A stretch of 64,000 nt of DNA from Malacoraja senta (lineage: Eukaryota): NCBI GenBank assembly GCA_038087875.1, contig JAXLNO010005840.1, positions 1 to 64,000 of the forward strand, read 5' to 3'. Position 1 is the first letter of the stretch. Each line of letters starts with the position of its first letter. The notes below the pieces were generated by a model, which was not told where the DNA came from, searched no databases, and saw only the letters and a list, made by a program, of their open reading frames with translations. The position numbers and the translations under genes were made by a program. Below are positions 1-13,070 of this stretch, one piece after another.

Positions 1-428
1 GAGGTAGAGGGAGTGGGCTCAGTACAGAGCCCTGTGGAACGCCGGTGTTGAGGGTGAGGTTTGAAGAGGTGTGGTTGTCCAACCTAACAGACTGGGGTCT
101 GTTAGTTAGGAAGTTCAGTAACCAGTTGCAGAGGGAGGTTGATGCCCAGGTCGCTGAGTTTGGTGTTCAGTTTTGAGGGGATAATGGTGTTGAATGCTGA
201 GCTATAGTCGATGAACAGCATTCTCACGTAGGTGTTTGTGTTGTCGGCTTGGGAGAGGGCGGAGTGGAGTGCCCTTGATATGGCATCCTCCGTACTCCTG
301 TTCTTGCGGTAGGCAAACTGATAGGGATCCAGTGTGGGAGGTAGGCAGCCTTTGAGGTGTGCCAGGACCAGCCTCTCGAAGCACTTGGTGATGATGGGAG
401 TAAGTGCAACTGGGCGGAAGTCAGTCAT
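1..428 (-). mobile_element. Rex1/Babar LINE RT fragment
   Basis: [53 protein letters not shown]. Confidence 0.88.
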
Positions 429-536
429 GTCAAGTCAAGTCACATTTATTTATATAGAACATTTAAAAAACAACTTTCGTTGGCCAAAGTGCTTTACATT
501 TGTTATAAGAATAGCATAAACAAAACAAACTACATA

Positions 537-570
<34 letters not shown>

Positions 571-2524
571 TGATTTTATTTATATAGCGCTTTTCAGGAC
601 TCAAAGTCGCTTTACAATTGAGAGTCAGGAATAAACAAAACAAAATAGAGCAGTAAGACAGAGGGGAGGGGGACATGGGACTAAGGGTATGCAGAGGTGA
701 AGAGATGGGTCTTGAGGCGGGACTGGAAGATGGTGAGGGACTCAGAATTTCGGACCGGTTGTGGGAGGGAATTCCAGAGCCTGGAGCTGCCCTGGAGAAG
801 GCTCTGCCTCCAAAAGTGCAGAGGTTTGATTTCGGAGTGGAGAGGAGACCAGCTGATGTGGATCTGAGGGACCGTGAGGGTTGGTAGGGGGAGAGGAGGT
901 CAATGAGATAAGGGGGGGCCAGGTTGTTGAGGGCTTTGTAGGTGAGGACCAGGATTTTGTAGGTGATCCGGTGGAAATGGAAGCCAGTGAAGTTCTTTGA
1001 GAACTGGGGTGATGCGGTGCCAGGATTTGGTGTGGGTAATGAGTCGAGCGGCTGCATTTTGGACCAGTTGGAGTCGTTTGATGCTGCTGGAATTGATTCC
1101 GAAAAAGAGTTACAGTAGTCCAGTCGGGAGGAGATGAAGGCATGGATGAGTCTTTCAGCAGCGGAGGGTGTGAGAGACGATCTGATTTTTGCAATGTTGC
1201 GGAGGTGAAAAAATGATGTTTTGACAACATCGCGGATGTGAGGTTCAAGGGAGAGGGTTGAGTCAAGGATCACGCCAAGGTTGCGTGCCTGAGGAGATGG
1301 AGAGACAGTGGTGCCGTCGATAGTGAGAGTGGGGTTGTTAATTTTAGTGAGTGTTGATTTGGAGCCAATGAGGAGAAATTCTGTTTTGCTACTGTTTAAT
1401 TTAAGGAAGTTGAGTTGCATCCAAGATTTGATGGCTGATAGGCAGGAGTTGATATGGGAGAGAGGGAGGTGGTGGGGGGACTTGGTGCTGAGATAGATCT
1501 GGGTGTCATCAGCATAGCAGTGGAAGTCCAGGTTGAAGTGCCGGAGTATATGACCAAGGGGGACCAAGAACGGAGCCTTGGGGAACGCCTTGAGTGACAG
1601 TGGCTGTGGCAGAGGTGTGGTTATGGAGAGAGATGAAGTGGGATCGGTTGGAAAGGTAAGAACGGAACCAGCTGAGTGCAGAACCTTCAATGCCAAGGTC
1701 CCTAAGTCTGGTGAGCAGGATGTTGTGGTTGACGGTATCGAAGGCTGCACTCAGGTCGAGGAGGATGAGGATATTGAGGGAGCCAGAGTCAGCAGAGGTA
1801 AGGAGGTCATTGAGGACTTTGAGGAGAGCGGTTTCTGTGCTATGGAGGGGGCGAAAGCCAGATTGGAGGGGTTCGAATAGGTTATACGCGAGGAGGTGGG
1901 AATGAAGTGACGCGACGATGCGCTCCAGGGTTTTTGAAAGAAAGGGGAGGTTTGAGATGGGGCGGTAGTTAATGAGAGAGGAGGGATCAAGACCAGGTTT
2001 CTTTAAGATTGGTGTGACAGCAGCAGTTTTGAAAGCAGAGGGGACAATTCCTTGGGACAATGAGGAGTTGAAAAGATTAGTGAGGTAGGGGCAGAGAGCA
2101 GGGAGGCATGACTTCAGCAGGGGAGTGGGGAGAGGGTCAAGGGAGCAGGTAGTGGTTTGGAAGAGCTGATGAGTTTGGAGATTTCAGTAGGGGTGACCGG
2201 GTCAAACTGGGAGAGGAAGCAGTGAGGGGGAGGGGTATGGAGATCAGCGGAGATGTTGAAAGGAGGGACCTTGGTAGGTGGTGGAGTAGATGCTGGGGAG
2301 TCGGGTACAGGGGATAGGGATTGATAGATGGTGCTAATTTTATCAGCAAAAAAGTGGAGGAATGAGTTGCAGAGATCCGGAGTGGAGGTAGGGAGAGTGA
2401 TGGCTCGAGGCTTGAGGAGGTTGCAGACTGTGGAGAAGAGGGTTCTGTGGTTTAGGCAGGGGTCAGTGAATATGGAGGAGAGGTATGCAGATTTAGCAGC
2501 AATGAGGTAATGACAGGTTTCCAT
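537..2524 (-). mobile_element. L2-clade LINE, 5'-truncated, frameshifted RT
   Basis: [57 protein letters not shown]. 3' end tgtaaagcgactttgag...gcgctatataaat followed by an (ATT)n tail. Confidence 0.93.
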
Positions 2525-3114
2525 GGTGATAAACTGACAATGAAGCCATCAGACAACGGCATTTTTGGTTTTTATTTCACATTTGCAGCATCTGCAGTCT
2601 TAGGTTAGTGACTCAGCATGGAAATGGGCCATTCGGCCCACCAATTCCATGCCAACCATCGATCATCTTTCACACTAGTTCTATGTTATCCCAAAATGGA
2701 CACAAAATGCTGGAGTAAGTCAGGGGAAACACTCTGAGGAAGGGTCTTGACCTGAAAAGTCATCCATTCCTTGTATCCAGAGATGCTGCCTGTCCCGCTG
2801 AGTTACTCCAGCACATTGTGCCTATCTTTGCTGTAAACCAGCACCTTCAGTTCCTTCCTACACATCTATGTAATCCCACTTTCTCACCCATTCTCAGCAC
2901 ACAAGAGTAATTTACAGAGCCCAATTAACCTACAAACTCTCACGTTTTCAAGATATGGGACGAAACCGGAGCACCTGGAGGAAATATCTGTGGTCACAGG
3001 GAGAACGTGTAGTCAGGATCAAACCTGGGTCTCTGGCACAGCGAGAAATTTCTTTGAGATGTTTTTTTATGAACATTGATCACACTCCAATTGTATTGAA
3101 ATGAATGAAATAAC

Positions 3115-3375
3115 TTGCTGTTTTGTTCTGCCTCCGCATTCATTCATCGACTTGCCCTTTGATGATTCCATGAAAACCAGTTTCAGAGACCGTATTTGTT
3201 ACCCAGTAATTCCTGTCAAATGCAGCCGCCATCCATTTCTGTCTTGGAACTGTAATTACCATGTTTTTGTCATAATACTGTATCTCACAACCGTCCAGTA
3301 CACCCACGACACTATATTCTGGTAGATGAGTACTCCCGTGGTTCAGGGTGTAGTAATAGATCAGTGTGTGAGGCC
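3115..3375 (-). pseudogene. MHC class I-like locus B, alpha1 exon with premature stop
   Basis: Acceptor ttttctttgtgtctag|GG, then PHTLIYYYTLNHGSTHLPEYSVVGVLDGCEIQYYDKNMVITVPRQKWMAAAFDRNYWVTNTVSETGFHGIIKGQVDE*MRRQNKTA. Y7, Y59/W60, R84 and the N86-K-T glycan site are present. TGA at 3140-3142; the donor is weak. Confidence 0.92.
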
Positions 3376-3744
3376 CTAGACACAAAGAAAATAATACAAT
3401 TATTGTCAAGTAATAGAAATTTCTATGGATAGGAAAGGTTTGGAGGGAAATCGGCAAAACACCAATTGGATTTACATTGCACTAAACATGATATCCTTTA
3501 ACCTGTATCTATAGATTGTGAACGGCTTCATTGTAATGTAGTCTTTTCACTGACTGGATAGCACACAAGAAACATTTTCACAGTAAAACAGTACACGTGA
3601 TATTAATAATAAATTAAACTAAGCTAAAATATAGATAGGTGGGTCAAGGGTAGATGGGGCATCTTGGCTGGCATAGATAAGCTGGGCTGAAGGGCCTGTT
3701 TCTATGCTGTACACGATTCTAAATGTCAAGCTTACTTAGATTAT

Positions 3745-4037
3745 TTTAGTTTAGTTTAGAGATACAGTGTGGAAACAGGCCCTTCAGCACGAGTCGGCAC
3801 AGATCCCCGCACATTAACACTATCCTACACACGAAGGACAATTTACATTTATATCAAGCCTATTAACCTACAAACCTGTACGTCTTTGGAGTGTGGGAGG
3901 AAACCGAAGATCTTGGCGAAAACCCACTGGTCATGGGGAGAATGTACAAACTCCGTACAGACAGCACCCATAGTCAGGATCGGACCCGGGGCTCTGATAC
4001 TTTAAGGCAGCAACTCTATCGCTGCCCCACCGTGCCG
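3745..4037 (-). mobile_element. HE1-like SINE
   Basis: Reverse complement of the same consensus with a (ctaaa)n tail. Confidence 0.85.
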
Positions 4038-4889
4038 TGACTGAAGTCTGAAGAAGGGTTTCGGCCCAAAACTTTGCCTATTTCCTTCGCTCCATAGATG
4101 CTGCTGCACCCGCTGAGTTTCTCCAGTATTTTTGTGTACCTTCGATTTTCCAGCATCTGCAGTTTCTTCTTAAACACTGTTCCAATGCTATATCTCTATA
4201 TCATTTTGAGCTGCAATATACAGTAAGTTGTCCAAATCGGATTGCATCATGCCAGTACATCAAGAGCAAACTCTAAAAATATCAATGTAACATTTAACTT
4301 CTACTTTGATATGACCTCCTGGTGACTTGTTCACTACATCCCCCTTTGTCAGGGAGTTCCCCAATCATCTCACTGGAGAGGCCCCACATTCACACTTACT
4401 CAAATACCACATATTTCCTGCTAGACTAGTTTTTCAACTGTTTACTCTCACAGTCTGCCCTGTGAACATGCAGAAATTAACATCACAAAACATCAGGATT
4501 GAACAACTCATTATCAACCTTAGACACAGAGTGCTAAAGTATCTCAGCGAGACCGGCAGCATCTCTGGAGAAAAAGGCTGGATGACACTTTGGGTCGGGA
4601 CCCTACTTCAGTCTCAAGCAGGATTAGTCTGAAGAAGGGTCCCAACCCGATACATCAGTCTGAAGAAGGATCCCAACCTGAAGCTTCACCCAGCATCACC
4701 CATCCTTTTTCTACAGAGATGCTGTAGAACACCTCTGACCCGTTGAGTTACTCCAGCACTTTGTGGCTCTCTTTGGTACAAACCAGCATCTGCAATTCCT
4801 TGTTTCTACATCATTATCTATCTCTTTGAGAAAGCGTTCCCATAGAATTTGCATCCTAACAAAATAAGATCATACAAAGTTACCAATAA

Positions 4890-5212
4890 GGGCGGCACAG
4901 TGGCACAGTGGTAGAGTTGCTGCCTTACAGTGTTTGCAGTGCCAGAGACCCGTTTTCAATCCTGACTATGGGTGCTGTCTGTACGGAGTTAGTACGTTCT
5001 CCCCGTGACCTGCGTGGATTTTCGCTGAGATCTTCGATTTCTTCCCACACTCCAAAGACGTGCAGGAATGTAGGTTAATTGGCTTGATGCATGTGTCAAA
5101 TTGTCCCTCGTGTGCATAGGATAGTATTAGTGTGCGGGTTAGTCGCTGGTCGGTGCAGACTTGGTGGGCTGAAAGGCCTGTTTCCGCGCTGTGTATCTAA
5201 ATTAAAAAACTA
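4890..5212 (+). mobile_element. HE1-like tRNA-derived SINE
   Basis: ggcggcacagtggcacagtggtagagttgctgcc head, central ttctccccgtgacctgcgtgg, CR1-like 3' end with a ctaaa tail. Confidence 0.85.
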
Positions 5213-5669
5213 AAGAACCTATTTTACATATCTCACTTCCTTTGGTTCACGCAGTGTTCTCTCTGGTGTAGACTGATTGAGCCATTTTCAGTGCTTATTC
5301 TGGCTAATAGAGATAGCAACATGAAAACCACAGAAAGAATCTTAAAATAAACTGAATCCTGCAGCATATAAACAGGCCCATTTGCCCAATCTTGTCTATG
5401 CTGACCGAGATGCTTATCTACAATTACATGAATTACGCCCTTATCCCTCCCTGACTTTCCTACCAAAAGTCCAAATGCTTTATAGACATTGTGATTATAT
5501 CTGCCTCTACCATCTCCCCTGCAGCTCATTCCAGATAACTACTGCGGTGAGAAACGTCTGCTCAGATCCCCTTGACATTTCTCTCCCATCACCTTAAACC
5601 TCCAGTTCTAGTCTCCACTGCCCTGGGAAAGAGACAGTTACTCTCTATCCTATCTATACCCCAACGATA

Positions 5670-6110
5670 GACACAAAATGCTGGAGTAACTCAGCAGGGC
5701 AGGCAGTATTTATGGAGAGAAGGAATGGATGATGTTTAGAAACGTCACTCATTCCTTCCCTCCAAAGATGCTGCCTGTCCTGCTGAGTTCCTCCAGCATT
5801 TTATGTCTGTCTTCGGTGTAAACCAACATCTGTTAATCCTTCCTGAAGAAGGATGTCGACCCGAAATGTCACCCATTCCTTCTCTCCAGTGATGCTGCCT
5901 GTCCCACTGAGTTACTCCAGCATTTTACATCTGTCTTCAGTATAAACCAGCATCTGTAGATCCTTCCTGAAGAAGGGTTTCGACCCGAAAAGGTCTCGAC
6001 CCGAAATATCACCCATTCCTTCTCTCCAATGATGCTGCATGTCCCACTGAGTTACTCCAGCTTTTTGTGTCTTTCTTCAGTTTAAACCAGCATCTGCAGT
6101 TCCTTCCGAC
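5670..6110. repeat. Array of Penelope terminal repeats (one inverted, about three tandem, period 124 bp)
   Basis: Recurring unit CTGAAGAAGG..GACCCGAAA..TCACCCATTCCTTCTCTCCA..GATGCTGCCTGTCCCACTGAGTTACTCCAGC; CTGA at 5843 and 5967. The same repeat recurs at more than 20 other sites in the window. Confidence 0.85.
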
Positions 6111-6409
6111 ACAATCTATAGCCCTCATTATTTCACTCCTGCATTCTAGTGAGAATAAATGCAGCCTATCCAATCTCTTCACATAACACCAGACCTCTAT
6201 TCCAGGCAACAACCTGGCAAAACCCTTCTGCACTACTTTTGATGCCATCACATCCTTTTTAGTTTAGAGATACATTGCAGAAACAGGCCCTTCGGCCCAC
6301 GCCAACCAGTGATCCCCGCACAGTAATGTTAGTAGTGGAGCGACCAGAACTCTACACAATACTCCATGTGCAGCCTAACCAATGTTTTGTTTGATTTCTC
6401 AACTCTTAT

Positions 6410-7010
6410 ACTTGATGCCAGAGTCTATTCAGTTATACAGGGCCCTGGTGAGACTGCACCTGAAGTATTTTGTGCAGTCTTGGTCACCTAGTTTGAAGAA
6501 GGACATTCTTGCTATTGAAGGAGTGCAGCAAAGTTCACCAGGTTACTTCCCAGGATGGCAGGACTGACATATAATAAAAGAATGAATCGACTGGGATTAT
6601 ATTCACTGGAATTCAGAAGGATGAGAGGGGATCTGATAGAAACAGAATACTTACAAGGGATTTGACAGACTAGATGCAGGAAAAATATTCTCAATGTTGG
6701 GGGAGTCCAGAACCAGGGGTCACAGTTTACGGATAAGCGGTAGGCCATTTAGGATTGAGATGGGGAAAACCTTTTCACCCAGAGTGTTGTGAATCTGTGG
6801 AATTCTCTGCCACAGAAGGCAGCGGAGACCAATTCAATGAATGTGTTCAAGAGAGAGTTAGCTCTTAGGGTTAACGAAATCAAGGGATATGGGGAGAAAG
6901 CAGGAACAGGGTACTGATTCTGGTTGATCAGCCATGACCATATTGAATGGTGGTGCTGGCTTGAAGGGCCAAATGGCCTACTCCTGCACCAATTTTATAT
7001 GTTTCTATGT
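6410..7010 (+). mobile_element. CR1 LINE 3' fragment
   Basis: QLYRALVRLHLKYFVQSWSP, followed by the typical CR1 3' UTR. Confidence 0.85.
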
Positions 7011-7692
7011 CTAAGTGGACAAACATGCCAAAGTGCATTTTTTGCTTTCCTGTCTCCCCTTGTCGGCATTTTCACGTATCAATGAACTTGCAACCCAAGG
7101 ACTCTGTATATTAACACCCCTCAGGTTCTTACCGTTTATGTCCTACCAGAACATGACATGCCGACACGCACAACTTCACACATGTCTGGATTACATTCCT
7201 TCTGCTATTGCTCCATCCAGCTCTCTAGCTAATCTGTATCCCACTGGATCCATAGACAACCTTCTTCAATGTACATGTCATCTGCAAACCTACTAATCAA
7301 ACCACCAATATTCACATCCACATCATATATACTATTCACTGCAAAACACAAAGGGCTGCAGAGACTCAGCAGGTCAGGTAATATCTGGAGGGATTTTATC
7401 CCAGCCAAAAATAAACATTATTCAGAATAATGAAATATATACAAAACAAGAACAGTGCAAACAACATTTCTGCCATTCTCGGTGTCCACACATGGATTAA
7501 TTACAGTTATTTTTGGTTGTGTTCACAAACTATCCTTATCTCAAGCACCCTTGCCACTTGTATAGCCCTCCTGGGTTAATAGCCCTTCCCTTGTTTGAGG
7601 GGCGTCTTCACCAGTTGCAGCCCCCCAATGTATTGCCACGAAGGACTCTAGACTGTAGACCTCCACTGAGCCTTGGTGTTGGCTGCAACAAG

Positions 7693-8043
7693 CTCCAGTG
7701 AGTCCCTCAGCGCGTACTCCTGCAGTCTGGAATGGACAGATGATGTTTTGGGTCAGACACTTCTTCAGACTGATTGTAATAGAAAGCTGAAAAAGAGTTG
7801 TGGGGCTGGGACAAAGCCTGGCAAGTGATACAGGTGATAAGACATAAAAAGCTGGAGTAACTCAGTGGGACAGGCAGCATCTCTGGAGAGAAGGAATGGG
7901 TGATGTTTCACTTGCCAGGCTTTGTCCCAGCCCCACGTCTCTTTTTCAGCTTTCTATTACAATCAGTCTGAAGAAGCGTCTGACCCAAAACATCATCTGT
8001 CCATTCCAGACTGCAGGAGTACGGGCTGAGGGACTCACTGGAG
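7693..8043. repeat. 136-bp inverted repeat with a 79-bp spacer (Penelope terminal-repeat derived)
   Basis: 7693-7828 is the reverse complement of 7908-8043 with about 4 mismatches. Confidence 0.9.
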
Positions 8044-8449
8044 AGTTTTAACCAGCATCAGCAGTTCCTTCCTGTACATCCTGCCTTGTGCAGCATTGTT
8101 CTGTGTTTACAAATAGAGTGTAAATAAAACTTGGCATCCTGTGTTCCATTTAAATCATTTATGATTGATGTATATTTTTATTCCATGCAATCCTACAAAG
8201 TATCCCATAAATACACCACTCGGCAGCATTCAGTGGATGGTGCCTGAGGCAAGGCAGCTCTTTGAACTAGTTCATGGATCACATGTGTATTCATTTTACA
8301 TTGTCTTTTACAATTTAGTTGACCAATTAGTTTAAATCTTTTCCCCCCAAGTCACTGAACGTTTTCCACAGGAAGTACTTTATTATGGCCCATTCTAGTG
8401 AGAATATTGTTGACTGAAAAACAAGAAAACTGTTCTTCTGTACTCACTC

Positions 8450-9180
8450 TAAACTCATGACTGCGTAGCCAGACATAGTCCGAACTCCATCATCAAGTTC
8501 GCCGACGACACCACTGTTGTGGGACGAATCACTGATGGTGATGAGTCAGAGTATATTAGTGAGATCGACCGATTGACCAAATGGTGCCAGCACAATAACC
8601 TGGCCCTCAACACCAGTAAAACCAAGGAACTGATTGTGGACTTTGGTAGAGGTAGGATATGAACCCACAATCCCGTTTATATCCCGGGACGATGGTGGAA
8701 AGGATCAAGAACTTCAAATTCCTGGGCGTGCATATTTCCGAAGATCTTTCCAGGTCCCAGCACACTGATGCAATTATAAAGAAGGCACATCAGCGCCTCT
8801 ACTTCCTGAGAAGATTACGGAGAGTTGGTATGTCAAGGAGGTCTCTTTCGGACTTGTACAGGTGCACAGTAGAGAACATGCTGACTGGTTGCATCGTGGC
8901 TTGGTTCAGCAACTTGAACGTCCAGGAGCGGAAAAGAATCCAGAAAGTTTGTGACTACTGCCCAGTCCATCTTCGGCTCTGACCTCCCTTCCATCGAAGG
9001 GATCCATCGCAGTCGCTGCCTCAAAATGGCTGCCAACATCATCAAAGACCCGCACCATCCTGGCCACACACTCATCTCTCTGTTTTATCTCTGTATTATG
9101 TTTACATATTCTGTTGTGCTGCAACAGGCAAGAATTCATTGTCCTATCTGGGACACATGACAATAAAACTCTCTTGACTT
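8450..9180 (+). mobile_element. Rex1/Babar LINE 3' fragment
   Basis: IIKFADDTTVVG, VERIKNFKFLGVHI, KKAHQRLYFLRRL, IIKDPHHPGH, and the family tail caataaaactctcttgactt. Confidence 0.85.
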
Positions 9181-9865
9181 TTGGGCAGCACTATTATGGG
9201 TGGCAGTAGAGGTAGAGTGACTGCCTCACAGTGTCAGAGACCCGGGTTCTGTAGACCTGGTAGAGTGACTGCCTCACAGTGCCAGAGACCCGGGTTCGAT
9301 CCTAACTATAGGTGCTGTCTGTATGGAGTTTGTACGTTCTCCCTGTGACCTGCATGGGTTTTCTCCAAGACCTTTGATTTTCTCCCACACTCCAAAGACG
9401 TACATGTTTATAGGTTAATGGGCTTGGTGTAAATATTAAATTGTCCCACGTTTGTGTGTAGGGTAGCGTTAAGGTGCGTGAATCGCTGTCCGGTGCGGAC
9501 TCGGTGGGCCAAAGGGCCTGTTTCTGCTCTATATCTCTAAACTAAACTATTAACATGTGCACCAAATCACTGAGGAGAATAAAGTCATCGAACACAGAAA
9601 TTTGTGTCATAGTTTAAAAATAAGGGATAGGCCATTTAGGAATGAGATAAGGAAAAACGTTTTCACCCAGAGAGTTGTATATCTGTGGTATTCTTTGCCA
9701 CAGAAGGCAGTGGAGACCAATTCACTGGATGTTTTCAAGATAGAGTTAGATTTAGCTCTTAGGGCTAATGGAATCAAGGATATGGGTAAAAAGCATGAAC
9801 GGGGTACTGATTTTGGATGATCAGCATGCGTGCTGGCGCGGTCTTCACCCTCTGACATCTAGATT

Positions 9866-10310
9866 ATGAAGGGTATCTTCAACTCAGGCCTAGGGACGTG
9901 GAGATATGGGTTGTTAACATTGTGCTACGTCCATTCGCCGGTGGGCTCCAGCTACATCCCTGTCCTTGGTCAAACTCACTTACTCGTGATTATGCTCATG
10001 GCGCTGAGTTCAGCGCAACGGGTCCAGTCATTGCATAAGTTAACACTGGATAAGAAGATCTGCGGGCAATAATAAGGTTTTATGTTTATGACTTAGTCAA
10101 GCAGAGTAGACCAGGGGCATAAGGTCAAACTAGATGTTTGCATATCCCATGGACCTTGGGCTGTGTGGGGTCACACATCTACACCAGAATGTTAAGGTCC
10201 CCAAGAGCCTTATAGACTCTGAACTAGCAATATTGTTAGTTACATAAAACCTCGTTAGAAGGTATCACTACAGACCATCTCCAGGGGGTTAAACGGGTCT
10301 GGCTTACGTG
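9866..10310 (+). mobile_element. DIRS-type retrotransposon tyrosine recombinase relic
   Basis: Frame-broken translation gives MKGIFNS, LMALSSAQRVQSLHKLTLD, YDLVKQSRPG, AYPMDLGLC and VSYIKPR*KVSLQTISR, the motif series of DIRS YR domains. Confidence 0.75.
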
Positions 10311-11994
10311 CCTACTCCTGCACCTACAGTATTTTCTATGTTTCCATGTAAATCTCACATTCCAATTAATCTCCTCTCTCAATTTTCCCACCACCCACAT
10401 TCACTTGGGGAAAATTATCTTCCAGTCAAATAACCTGATCCTACCTCACAAATGTTTATAAACACTTTAAGTGTAACCTTGTTAAATGTCTTCTGAACAG
10501 AAGTGATTAATCTTCCCATTTTCTCTACCATCTCAAAAATGTACATACTTCAGCCGGCATAACTACACTTTTACACATCCTTACTCTTCTCTCTGATAAA
10601 TTCACAGCAGTTCAAGAGCACAATTGCTCAAGCCCTGAGGAATGTATTGCTGGACTCGACTCAATATTAATCAGCAAAGGACCTATGTTCTAGGCTATGA
10701 TTACATTACAAATCTATCAAACAACCTTTCCATTTTCAGTGGAAAATAAGGTAAAATAATGACATGGTGCTATAAACTTGACACAGAAATATGACATGTT
10801 AGAAATGATCCAACAGCATCTGTGGAGGTAAATAGAGTTGGAACATTTTAGTTGCCAAATTAAATGATGATGGTCTAGAACGTGAATTCAGATTTCCTCT
10901 CCTTAAGCTTGAACTTTTCCTTGCTTTCTGGGTATTTAGTTTAATTTAGAGATACAGTGCAGAAACAGGCCACTGAATCCTCGCCGACCAGCGATCCCCG
11001 CACACTATCACTATTCAATGCACACTTGGGAGAATTTAGAATTTTACTAAGCCAATTGGTATGTCATTGGAGTGTGGGAGGAATCCGGAGGAAACCTGCG
11101 CCTGTCATGGGAAGTACGTACTAACTCCATGCAGAGAGAAACCGTAGTCAGGATCAAACCCGGGTCCCTTGCGCTGTAAAACCACCGTGCCTAACCATAT
11201 TTTTAGCATTTCCTGCCAAATCCTAAACTGTATCAGAAGATGACTTCTCATGCAGTCTTGGTCTTATGCCATCTCAAATATTGTTTTGAAAATATTACTA
11301 CATGGTTTATGAATAATAGAAGTGATACCAGTTAAAAATCATTGTGAAAAATGTAATTCCCTCCAAATTACATTCCCTTCTGTTGTGCAGCAAGTACGAA
11401 TTTCATTGTCCTATCTGGGACATATGACAATAAAATACTCTTGACTCTTGAAGATGTGAGGAAGGGTCTCAACCTGAAATGTCACCTATTTCTTTTTGCC
11501 AGAAATGCTGCATGACCCACTGAGTTACTCCAGCATTTTGTGTCTATCTTCGGTGTAAACCAGCATCTGCAGTTCCTTCTTACAAAGATATTCCTCTACC
11601 ACCTGAGTTCCTACAGCAGTTGTTTTTATGATACTAGGTTGACATGCAATTGAGACATGCTGTGAGCTTCCTTTCAAAGGAGGACAATTAAGCCCATATG
11701 CTCAATCCATGCACATTTTTACCAATGACGTATAGTAAAGCCTTAACAGTACAATTTACATTCAGCTTTCAGATAATGTATTCGACCACAAACAGATGTC
11801 TATCTCATTAAATTCTACCAGATAAGGCTTGGAAAGTCTGAAAAAGGGTCTCGACCCGAAACGTCACCCATTCCTTCTCTCCAGAGATGCTGCCCGGCCC
11901 ACTGAGTTACTCCAGCTTTCTGTGTCTATCATTGAAAGACATTCTCCCTCCCCCACACTTCCTGCAGCTTAACATGCTTCTTTTTTTTCTCCTA

Positions 11995-13070
11995 GAAAAA
12001 GACACAAAGTGCTGGGACAACTCGACGGGTCAGGCAGTATCATTGGAAAACATGGATATGTGGTGTTGTGGAACAGGATCCTTCTTCAGACTCATTGTGG
12101 GAGGTTGGGGGGGGGTGGTATGGGCATTGTAGAGGGGGAGGAGGAGGGGGAGATGAAGGAAACTGGATGAAAGGCGGGGCAGGTAATAGGTTAACATAGG
12201 TGAGGAGGCGGTAATGGGGGGAGTTGATAGGGAGATTATTGGACAAGGGCCAGAGATAAAAATACAGAAGGTGCGCAACACAATAATTGAAAAGTTGCAA
12301 ATGGCAAATTTAGAAGGAAGGGGGTGATGAGGGAAATAGGTGCAAGTCCAGGTGGGCTACAGGGGAGCGGGGCAACGGTGGGGAGAAATATGGGTGTGGG
12401 GGAGAAAGGGGAGGAGGAGGAGGAGGAGAGTAGGGCTTAGGTTTCCTAAAATTGGCGAGTTCAATATTCACACCATCAGGTTGAAAGCTACCCAAGAAGA
12501 ATATTAGGGGCTGTTTGCATGTGACCTCACACTGGCAATGGAGGAGACCCAAGACAGAAAGGTCAATATGGCAATGGGAAAGGAAGTTCAAATGGTTAGG
12601 AACCAGGAGATCCAGTGCAGAAGTCCATGGCAGATCCAGTGCATATTTTCGGCAAAATGGTCGTGGAGTCAATGCTTGGTCTCGTCGATATACAGGAGGC
12701 CACATTGGGAACACCGGATGCAATAGATCAGTTTAAAGAAGGTGTACATGAATCTCTTGTCTCACCTAGAAGGACTGCTATGGTCCCTCAAGGCAGACCA
12801 CAGAGGAGGTACAGGAACAGATGTTACATCCGCAGTTGCAGGGGAGATTACCTGGGATGCGATGGTTTGGGTGGGAAGTGATGAGAATTTTAGGTAACAT
12901 AACCCCCCCATTTCTTCCCCTCCCCTGTGCCCCATCTGGACTTGCATCTATTTCTGCCCTTCCCCCGTCACCTTCACATTCCTCTATTCTCACAATTCAC
13001 CATTCTTTAATTCCTTTTGTCTTTTCATCTCTGGCCTTTGTCCAATCATTTGCCTGTCGGAAAATCCTCT
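11995..13070 (-). mobile_element. Penelope-like element fragment, degenerate
   Basis: DLSVLGLLHCQ and PLIFFLGSFQPDGVNIE are homologous to the 34.6-35.0 kb copy. Confidence 0.75.

Noticed and set aside
530-2524. 406-, 183- and 136-aa ORFs as host genes
   Set aside because: They are frameshifted pieces of one L2 reverse transcriptase.
5233-5357. Hydrophobic minus-strand ORF (MLQDSVYFKILSVVFMLLSLLARIS...) as the MHC leader exon
   Set aside because: Its only plausible donor (gtgaga) is phase 2, incompatible with the phase-1 alpha1 exon. A better leader with a consensus donor and promoter exists at 28657-28708.
5670-6110. CRISPR-like array
   Set aside because: The context is eukaryotic, there are no unique spacers, and the units are Penelope terminal repeats.
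9211-9300. 48-bp tandem duplication in a SINE head
   Set aside because: An ordinary local duplication with no functional implication.
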